Source: Octopus sinensis (Eukaryota). From it: 8,033 nt of DNA. Positions 1-6,135 of this stretch are shown here, one piece after another. A program made the position numbers and the translations under genes. The notes beneath the pieces were generated by a model. It was not told the DNA's origin. It saw only the letters and a program-made list of their open reading frames with translations, and searched no databases. Location of the stretch: positions 1 to 8,033 of the forward strand of contig NW_021828594.1 in NCBI RefSeq assembly GCF_006345805.1, read 5' to 3'. Position 1 is the stretch's first letter. Every line of letters begins with the position of its first letter.

Positions 1-79
1 CTTGCCCAAGATGCCACGCAGTGCAGTGGGTCTGAACCCGGAACCATGTGGTTGGTAAGCAAGCTACTTACCACACGCC
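1..79 (-). mobile_element. tRNA-derived SINE, family A, 5' head (continues out of the window)
   Basis: The minus strand reads GGCGTGTGGTAAGTAGCTTGCTTACCAACCACATGGTTCCGGGTTCAGACCC...CTTGGGCAAG, nearly identical to the head of the copy at 3050-3440, with A-box-like and B-box-like motifs. It carries a 5-bp duplication GCAGT-GCAGT at 18-27. Confidence 0.85.
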
Positions 80-80
80 C

Positions 81-105
81 TATATATATGAATATATATA
101 TTATA

Positions 106-146
<41 letters not shown>
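81..146. repeat. Imperfect (TA)n microsatellite
   Basis: Directly visible. Confidence 0.95.
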
Positions 147-152
<6 letters not shown>

Positions 153-289
153 CATTATACATAAACTCGGAGTTTTATCATGGCTACTGAATAATTGTCA
201 CATATTATATTTACAGATAAATTCCTCTATTTAGATATATCGAGGTCTCTTTCATTTTTTTGTTATATTGCCATTTCTATATATACAAA

Positions 290-324
290 GGCAGGAGTAG
301 TGTGTTTGTAATAAGCTTCCCTCC

Positions 325-325
<1 letters not shown>
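290..325 (+). mobile_element. Short degraded 5' head of SINE family A
   Basis: GGCAGGAGTAGTGTGTTTGTAATAAGCTTCCCTCCA aligns with the heads at 1683-1720 (-) and 3050-3085 (+). Confidence 0.6.

Positions 326-350
<25 letters not shown>
325..350. repeat. (AT)n microsatellite, left flank of the hammerhead array
   Basis: Directly visible. Confidence 0.95.
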
Positions 351-356
<6 letters not shown>

Positions 357-574
357 TCATATAGGGTGGCAAAAAACTTTTGTAGATTTTTTGCCACTAG
401 CGTCCTAGTGGGAAAAAATTAAATAGTCTAGACCATTTTAAAGTTCAACATCAACATCAAGGAACGGCCATAATAGGCCATTCACCCACTAGAAATAACA
501 GCCAAAGCTTCAACCGCAAATAAAAATCAATTCCGTAAACCAGGAGAAAATTTAAAAAAACATTTAACCCTGTA

Positions 575-681
575 ATTTCTTATACGATGCACCGTTTCAT
601 CTGCTGTTTAATGGTAAACTAACCTGATTAAATTAAATCAAGCCAATTCCATAGGCCCTCAGATTTTCTTCAGTAAGAAAT
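575..681 (-). ncRNA. Type I hammerhead ribozyme motif, copy 1 (2-nt AA insertion between the core and stem II)
   Basis: The minus strand reads AUUUCUUA-CUGAAGA-aa-AUCUG...CAGAU-GAAA-CGGUGCAUC-GUA-UAAGAAAU. Confidence 0.65.
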
Positions 682-1064
682 AGCCAAGTCGGACAGATAT
701 TTTCACGAGGCATTTCCGACCCTGCCAAAGCAATATCTGACCTAAAATTTTCAAATCATCGCACTCGCGCCAAATTTATCGCAGCAAATAAATATAAGCC
801 GTCGATTCCATTACGGAATTAACCAGAAAATTCATAATTAATCATATAGGGTGCCAAAAAAAAAATTTTGTAGAATTTTTTTGCCACCAGCGGCCTAGTG
901 GGGAAAAAAATTAAATAATCATAGACCATTTTTAAGTCACATCAACAATCAAGGAACGGCCATAATAGGCCATTCACCCACTAGAAATAACAGCCAAAGC
1001 TTCAACCGCAAATAAAAATCAATTCCGTAAACCAGGAGAAAATTTAAAAAACATTTACCCTGTA

Positions 1065-1171
1065 ATTTCTTATACGATGCACCGTTTCATCTGCTGTTTA
1101 ATGGTAAACTAACCTGATTAAATTAAATCAAGCCAATCTTCCATAGGCCCTCAGATTCTTCAGTAAGAAAT
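1065..1171 (-). ncRNA. Type I hammerhead ribozyme motif, copy 2 (intact core)
   Basis: The minus strand reads AUUUCUUA-CUGAAGA-AUCUG...CAGAU-GAAA-CGGUGCAUC-GUA-UAAGAAAU, with predicted cleavage between 1073 and 1072. Confidence 0.8.
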
Positions 1172-1321
1172 AGCCAAGTCGGAACAGATATTTTCACGAG
1201 GCATTATATTTATTTGCTGCCGATAAATTTGGCGCGAGTGCGATGATTTGAAAATTTTAGGTCAGATATTGCCTTGGCAGGGTCGGAAATGCCTCGTGAA
1301 AATATCTGTTCCGACTTGGCT

Positions 1322-1427
1322 ATTTCTTACTGAAGAATCTGAGGGCCTATGGAAGATTGGCTTGATTTAATTTAATCAGTTTAGTTACCATTAAACAGCA
1401 GATGAAACGGTGCATCGTATAAGAAAT
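1322..1427 (+). ncRNA. Type I hammerhead ribozyme motif, copy 3 (intact core)
   Basis: Stem I is ATTTCTTA 1322-1329 / TAAGAAAT 1420-1427 (8 bp perfect). The core CTGAAGA is at 1330-1336. Stem II is ATCTG 1337-1341 / CAGAT 1399-1403, followed by GAAA 1404-1407. Stem III ACGGT-GC-ATCGT (1407-1418) is near-palindromic, and the GUA cleavage triplet is at 1417-1419. Confidence 0.82.
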
Positions 1428-1544
1428 TACAGGTAAATGTTTTTTAAATTTTCTCCTGTTTACGAATTGATTTTTATTTGCGGTTGAAGCTTTGGCTGTA
1501 TTTCTAGTGGTGAATGGCCTATTATGGCCGTTCCTTGATTGTTG

Positions 1545-1564
1545 ATATATATATATATATATAT
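1545..1564. repeat. (AT)n microsatellite, right flank of the array and also the internal TA tract of the adjacent SINE
   Basis: Directly visible. In the copy at 3050-3440 the same SINE position (AAACTGAAAGAAGCCTGTCG) is followed by TATATA. Confidence 0.9.
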
Positions 1565-1720
1565 AACAGGTTTCTTTCAGTTTACGTTTTCTACTGCCGC
1601 TACTGTGGTCGGCCCGAAACTATAGCAGAAGACACTTGCCCATGATGCCACTTAGTGGGACTGAGCCCAGAACAATGTGGTTTGGAAGCAAGCTTATTAC
1701 AATACACCTACTTCTGCACC
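1565..1720 (-). mobile_element. SINE family A, diverged 5' half
   Basis: The minus strand GGTGCAGAAGTAGGTGTATTGTAATAAGCTTGCTTCCAAACCACATTGTTCTGGGCTCAGTCCCACT...GGGCAAGTGTCTTCTGCTATAG...GGGCCGACCA...AAACTGAAAGAAACCTGTT aligns to 3050-3180. Confidence 0.85.
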
Positions 1721-1761
1721 TTGTATATAAATTTATATATAATTTTTGGTATGTACGTGCA

Positions 1762-1802
1762 TGTGTGTGTTTGTGTGTGTTTGAGAGAGAGAGACAGAGA
1801 GA
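1762..1802. repeat. Compound (TG)n-(AG)n microsatellite
   Basis: Directly visible. Confidence 0.9.
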
Positions 1803-1881
1803 TTAAGAAAGATCCTGTTAACGTGAATACTCATTACGATAAAAATTCGGCGTTTATCAGCATCACTATATAATTGTTTTT

Positions 1882-1955
1882 TACTATTTCGTAAGACCGA
1901 CCAAATCCTTGTGAGTAGATCTGGTAGATAGGAACAGGGAAACTGTAAGAGGCCT
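1882..1955 (+). mobile_element. SINE family A, internal fragment
   Basis: CCGACCAAATCCTTGTGAGTAGATCTGGTAGA...GGAAACTGTAAGAGGCCT matches 3126-3177. Confidence 0.75.
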
Positions 1956-2003
1956 CCATATCTACGTATGCATGTTTGTATGCATGTATGTATGAATATA
2001 TAT

Positions 2004-2210
2004 AGGGAGAGTTTACGAAGAAAAACAAAAGACGAAGACAGGCGTCGTACAAAACAAACAGATGTATTAGTATAACGCGCAGGAATAGAAAAAGTCTTTT
2101 ACGTTTCGAGCCTACGCTCTTCTACAGAAAGGGACACAGAAAAAACAAGGAGAGAAACAAGGAGAAAAAAGAATGTGTGTAGTGGCTAACGATTTATCAT
2201 GGCGACTGAA
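2004..2210 (-). mobile_element. Probable Penelope-like pseudo-LTR fragment with a minimal hammerhead-like motif
   Basis: About 200 bp of complex, strand-asymmetric sequence between TA tracts, containing the hammerhead-like fold at 2094-2135. Confidence 0.55.
2094..2135 (-). ncRNA. Minimal, variant-core type I hammerhead-like motif
   Basis: The minus strand reads CUUU-CUGUAGAA-GAGC-GUAG-GCUC-GAAA-C-GUA-AAAG. Stem I is CUUU/AAAG, stem II is GAGC/GCUC, stem III is the palindrome ACGU and the site is GUA. The first core strand deviates from CUGANGA. Confidence 0.5.
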
Positions 2211-2310
2211 TATATATATATGATGGTGTGCATATATATGTATGTATATATGCGTATATGCAAGTATATCAACACATACATACACAAACATATATATATA
2301 CATACATATA
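2211..2310. repeat. Degenerate TA/TG/CA microsatellite tract
   Basis: Directly visible. Confidence 0.85.
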
Positions 2311-2688
2311 CTCTCGCGAAACCTTTCCTCTCTCGCTCAAGATTCAACGGAAGATATCTAACCACATCACCTGTATTAATAGCTTGTAGGTATTTCCTGA
2401 AAATACAAAGTATCACTTTTGAATAACTAATCTATTCTGGATAACTATGCATCAGTCGGCAACATAATTAAAAAGTAATTAAATGTTATATTTTTCAATA
2501 CTTGGTTTTACATATTAATGAGAAAATATAGATGTTGCATGGCATCTTAACACATTCATGCGTTAGAGAAAGATTACCAGGAGGCGGCAAAATCATTGAA
2601 ATTATTCAAAAGTTGATATGTACTATAGTTGCGTGATGGAAAACTGGATGTAATAAATATTTATTAGAAATTCATGAGGCGAAATTTT

Positions 2689-2740
2689 ATGTCTGTCTGT
2701 ATGTCTGGCTGTCTGGCTGGCTGTTTGGCTGTCTGTCTGT
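2689..2740. repeat. (TGTC)/(TGGC) tetranucleotide repeat
   Basis: Directly visible. Confidence 0.85.
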
Positions 2741-2860
2741 ATGAATTATGTCATTATTCAGTTTTATTTAACGATTTCTTGCCAATAAAGAAAGAGCCGG
2801 GTTCTCACTGAGATCCAAGTCTCCTTCATAGGAATTTCAACAACATCAACAGGATATCTT

Positions 2861-3049
2861 TGTATGTATGTATGTATGTATGTATGTATGTATGAATGTA
2901 TGTATGTGTGTATGAATGTATGTATGTATGTGTGTATGAATGTATGTATGTATGTATGTATGTATGAATGTATGTATGTATGTATGTATGTATGTATGTA
3001 TGTATGTATGTATGAATCTATGTATGTATGAATGTATGTACGTATGTAT
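2861..3049. repeat. (TATG)n microsatellite with AATG/TGTG variant units
   Basis: Directly visible. Confidence 0.95.
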
Positions 3050-3440
3050 GGATTGGCTGTGTGGTAAGTAGCTTGCTAACCAACCACATGGTTCCGGGTT
3101 CAGTCCCACTGCGTGGCATCTTGGGCCGACCAATGCCTTGTGAGTGGATTTGGTAGAGGGAAACTGAAAGAAGCCTGTCGTATATATGTATATATATATA
3201 TTTATATATATATATGTGTGTGTGTATGTGTTTGTGTGTCTGTGTTTGTCCCCCTAGCATTGCTTGACAACCGATGCTGGTGTGTTTACGTCCCCGTCAC
3301 TTAGCGGTTCGGCAAAAGACACCGATAGAATAAGTACTGGGATTACAAAAGAATAAGTCCCGGGGTCGATTTGCTCGACTAAAGGCGGTACTCCAGCATG
3401 GCCGCATTCAAATGACTGAAACAAGTAAAAGAGTAAAGAG
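3050..3440 (+). mobile_element. SINE family A, near full length, with an internal TA/TG microsatellite and a 26-bp internal deletion
   Basis: It has an A-box-like TGGCTGTGTGG, a B-box-like GGTTCAGTCCC, a body, an internal microsatellite at 3181-3245 and a 3' tail ending GTAAAAGA-GTAAAGAG. It is homologous to four other fragments in the window. Confidence 0.9.
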
Positions 3441-3528
3441 TATGTATGTGTGCATTATGTATGTATGTATGTATGTATGTATGTATGTATGTATGTATGT
3501 ATGTATATATATGTATATACATATATAA
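3441..3528. repeat. (TATG)n/(TA)n microsatellite
   Basis: Directly visible. Confidence 0.93.
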
Positions 3529-3552
3529 CGTGACAAAGTTGACGTTTTATCT

Positions 3553-3689
3553 TACAGGTACTACACCTTTTTGCCAGCTGAGCGGACTGGTACAACGGGA
3601 AATAAAGTACCTTTTTGAAGGACACAACTCGCTACCGAGAATCGAACTCACGATCATGAGCCGAATACACCAAAACGCTAAACTACGCC
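3553..3689 (-). mobile_element. Diverged tRNA-derived SINE with a CORE-like central segment
   Basis: The minus strand reads GGCGTAGTTTAGCG (A-box-like), then GAGTTCGATTC (B box, 3639-3649), then GTGTCCTTCAAAAAGGTACTTTATTTCCCGTTGTACCAGTCCGCTCAGCTGGCAAA, which resembles a CORE-type domain as recalled. Confidence 0.65.
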
Positions 3690-3700
3690 CCTCTCCTTTC

Positions 3701-3800
3701 CACACACTCACACACACAGACACACACACACCAGTATATGCATCTATCTATCTATCTATCTAACTATCTATCTATCTATCTATCTTACTATCTATCTATC
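3701..3800. repeat. (CA)n followed by (TATC)n microsatellites
   Basis: Directly visible. Confidence 0.9.
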
Positions 3801-3819
3801 TTGTTCATTTTTTCCCTTT

Positions 3820-3994
3820 TACGATCCCTTTTGATCGAAAACCTACGCCAACTTTTTTGTTTGTTTCTTTTGTTTTTTATCTTTTTTTTCATCCCCCAAA
3901 AGGAAAGCTCTACCTTGTAACTTGTCCCATCTGTGTGCAGCCCTGTGTGGCCAATAAAGAAACTTATCTAGTGGCCAATAAAGAAAGTTATCTA
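3820..3994 (+). mobile_element. Probable retroposon 3' end with a duplicated AATAAA-containing terminus, in a (TATC)n context
   Basis: It ends in CAGCCCTGTGTGGCCAATAAAGAAA-(C/G)TTATCTA with the last 24 bp tandemly duplicated (3947-3970, 3971-3994). The same terminus recurs at 7633-7664. The left boundary is approximate. Confidence 0.55.
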
Positions 3995-4125
3995 TACATA
4001 CATACATGCATACATTTGCATATATGTTTGTATATATATATGTATAAAATACAAACATGCATATGTGCATACGCACAAAAGCTTCCACTCCTCACTCTCT
4101 TTCTCTTAACGTATCTCTGTCCATC

Positions 4126-4128
<3 letters not shown>

Positions 4129-4162
<34 letters not shown>
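4129..4162. repeat. (CT)n microsatellite
   Basis: Directly visible. Confidence 0.95.
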
Positions 4163-4165
<3 letters not shown>

Positions 4166-4592
4166 ACTTCCCGACATAGAAACATGTTCGAAATAAGTGT
4201 GAAGTAAATAAACAAAAAATGTATGCAAGCAAAACGAATGCAAGCACACTCGAGTATAAACATGGCAAATAACTTTTATGACTCGGAAATAGCGTAAATT
4301 ATCAGAAGATATTTCAGAGCAATTTATAAGAATTTTTTTTTAAAAAAGTGTTTACAAACTTATAATGCCATTGACTACTCAAAAAACAAAAAACAAAAAA
4401 AAAAATTACAAATATAAATAAATGTATTAATTAAGAACGCAATTTCGCACAAAGTCTAGTTAATGAGTTGAAAAGTGGATAATGTAAAAATAGAACAACT
4501 AAATTTATAAATATGTAAAAAATAAGAAATATTAAAAGTATATATGTAAGTAGATGTATGTATACATACATATATGTGATATATTATATTGT

Positions 4593-4596
4593 ATAT

Positions 4597-4637
<41 letters not shown>
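4593..4637. repeat. (TA)n microsatellite
   Basis: Directly visible. Confidence 0.95.
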
Positions 4638-4641
<4 letters not shown>

Positions 4642-4680
4642 ATTAACAGAGAGACGGAACATGGAAGATAGGAGAATGTT

Positions 4681-4799
4681 TGTTGCTCACAGCTATTGTT
4701 TTTGACCCATCTAGCATCGATCCCTCACGAGTGGGGCACTGAACAACTGGTTTACGAGTATTCGTCAATGTAGATGTGCCTCTTCAGGTGATTACAACA
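4681..4799 (-). ncRNA. Decayed type I hammerhead-like motif with a long stem II
   Basis: The minus strand reads UGUUGU-aa-UCAC-CUGAAGA-GGCACAUCUA-CAUUGA...UCGAUG-c-UAGAUGGGUC-AAAAAC-AAUA-GCU-GUGA-GCAACA. Stems I and II pair around an intact CUGAAGA, but GAAA and the NUH triplet are mutated. Confidence 0.4.
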
Positions 4800-4822
4800 T
4801 GTATCGCGTTAAAATAGCGAGA

Positions 4823-4848
4823 TATCTATCGTTTTATCTATCTATCTG

Positions 4849-4889
<41 letters not shown>

Positions 4890-5020
4890 GCAGTTGTCTG
4901 CTTGTCTGTCGATCTACATATCTATCTTCATCTGCTCTCTCTCTCTCTCTCTCTTTCCACACACACACACACACAGAGGCACATACACACGCCCATACAT
5001 ACACAAACAAGCACACACAT
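4823..5020. repeat. Compound (TATC)n-(CT)n-(CA)n microsatellite tract
   Basis: Directly visible. Confidence 0.9.
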
Positions 5021-5182
5021 AAACGTATTTTGGGGTTACAAAGGGGAGAGTAGAGCCGAACAACATACGAAAGATCGATTCATACTCATTTGCTTAACTA
5101 CGTAACTACGTTTCTAATTACCAATACACGAACCTCTCGGTCTTTGAGCCACTTTGTGACTTCTTCCTTATTAAACAATGAA

Positions 5183-5219
5183 TACACACAACAACACACA
5201 CACACACATACACACACAC
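5183..5219. repeat. (AC)n microsatellite
   Basis: Directly visible. Confidence 0.9.
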
Positions 5220-5669
5220 GTATACGCAGAGACGGACATTCATATAAGAACATACGTACAAAATAATGCATTTATATAATACATACTTTGAACTGAGAAC
5301 AATTCGTTTCAGACAATATCCCAGAGATCAGCAACTAAACCCGTGACCAACAGTTCACCGACTGAAATAAATAAACAGTAATAAATATTAATTTATTCAG
5401 TTAAAAGATTTGTGTTTTCGCATAAATATTAATCGACTGCGTTCATAAAATCTTTTCTTTATTTGTTTTTATAATCTCTATCCAAATATGCGCAATATCA
5501 GAAGTAACGATAATTAATAAAGGTAATTATATATCTAACACAATTAATGTGATGATAGTGGAAAGAAAAACGAGTAATATTTAGGATCATAAAATCATTA
5601 TCAGTAGTTCTCTTTTTCGCTGTTTTCGCGGATTCCATGACGCTCTGTCACCATCCAATTCCATGACTT

Positions 5670-5840
5670 TTAGCGGTATTTCGTCTGTCTTTGCGTTCAG
5701 AGTTCAAATTCTGTCACGGTCAACTTTGCTTCTCATCCGTTCGAGGTCGATAAATTAAGTACCAGTTGCGTACTGGGGTCGATCTAATCGACTGGCCCTC
5801 CTCTCTCAAGAATTTTGGGCCTTGTACCTAGAGTAGAAAA
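5670..5840 (+). mobile_element. SINE family B, 5'-truncated copy 1
   Basis: A B-box-like GAGTTCAAATTC is followed by GGTCAACTTTGCTTCTCATCCGTTCGAGGTCGATAAATTAAGTACCAGT, a conserved central domain resembling a Meta-type SINE domain as recalled. It is collinear with 6136-6281. Confidence 0.85.
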
Positions 5841-5854
5841 GGTATTTCGTCTGT

Positions 5855-6135
5855 TGTGGAGGCACATGGCCTAGTGGTTAAAGCAGCGTACTTGCTGATT
5901 AGGGATTGCGGGTTCGAATCTCAGATCGGGCGATGGGTGTGTTAATGAACGAAAACCTAAGTGGCTTCGGCTGAAGGTAATGGCGAACTTCTACTGACTC
6001 TTTCGCCACAAATTTCTCTCACACTTTCCTCCTGCATCTAGCAGCTCACCTGCGACGGATCTGCGTCCCGTCCAGATGGGGAAATTATACGCCAATGAAT
6101 TTGGGAAACCGGCCCGAACAAACGACAACATCAAC
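5855..6135 (+). mobile_element. SINE family C, full length, with an 11-bp target-site duplication
   Basis: It has an A box TGGCCTAGTGG, a B box GGTTCGAATCT, a V-domain-like CCTGCGACGGATCTGCGTCCCGTCCAG and an (AAC)n-like tail. It is flanked by ATTTCGTCTGT at 5844-5854 and 6136-6146. Confidence 0.88.

Larger units (their letters stand above)
349..1205. repeat. Direct tandem repeat, unit ~485-490 bp, ~1.75 copies
   Basis: ATAATTAATCATATAGGGTG starts at both 349 and 834. The copies are collinear through GATATTTTCACGAGGCATT and differ mostly by homopolymer-length indels. Confidence 0.97.
349..1546. mobile_element. Hammerhead-ribozyme-bearing non-autonomous retroelement array (retrozyme or Penelope-like pseudo-LTR): tandem copies plus an inverted copy, inserted in (TA)n
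   Basis: Unit 1 is 349-833 and unit 2 (partial) is 834-1205. An inverted partial unit at 1204-1546 is the reverse complement of about 450-797. Each copy has a hammerhead fold, there is no ORF, and both ends run into (TA)n. Confidence 0.75.
941..1546. repeat. Long inverted repeat: arms 941-1205 and 1288-1546, 82-bp spacer
   Basis: ATCAACAATCAAGGAACGGCC...CACGAGGCATT is mirrored by AATGCCTCGTG...GGCCGTTCCTTGATTGTTGAT. Confidence 0.97.

Noticed and set aside
394-431. Helitron-like 3' end (GC-containing hairpin followed by CTAG at 428-431)
   Set aside because: It is internal to the repeat unit rather than at a boundary, the second copy reads ATAG there, and the hammerheads point to an RNA-based element.
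349-1205. LTR pair or CRISPR-like array interpretation of the direct repeat
   Set aside because: The copies abut with no internal region, there are no TG...CA termini or primer-binding site, and there is no short repeat-spacer pattern.
2750-2860. Complex island between tetranucleotide repeats that looks like a dispersed repeat fragment
   Set aside because: There is no second copy, terminal repeat or target-site duplication in the window, so it cannot be classified.
5287-5378. Possible small exon (minus strand TTTCAG...GTATGT, 75 bp at 5287-5361, or plus strand after TTTCAG at 5307-5312)
   Set aside because: The minus-strand candidate has stops in all three frames and the plus-strand peptide is short and unrecognisable. 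It cannot be supported without RNA-seq.
5858-5930. tRNA-like sequences here and at 6467-6540, 3050-3110 and 3630-3689
   Set aside because: A and B boxes are present but there is no intact cloverleaf, and each continues into a SINE body. They are SINE heads, not tRNA genes.
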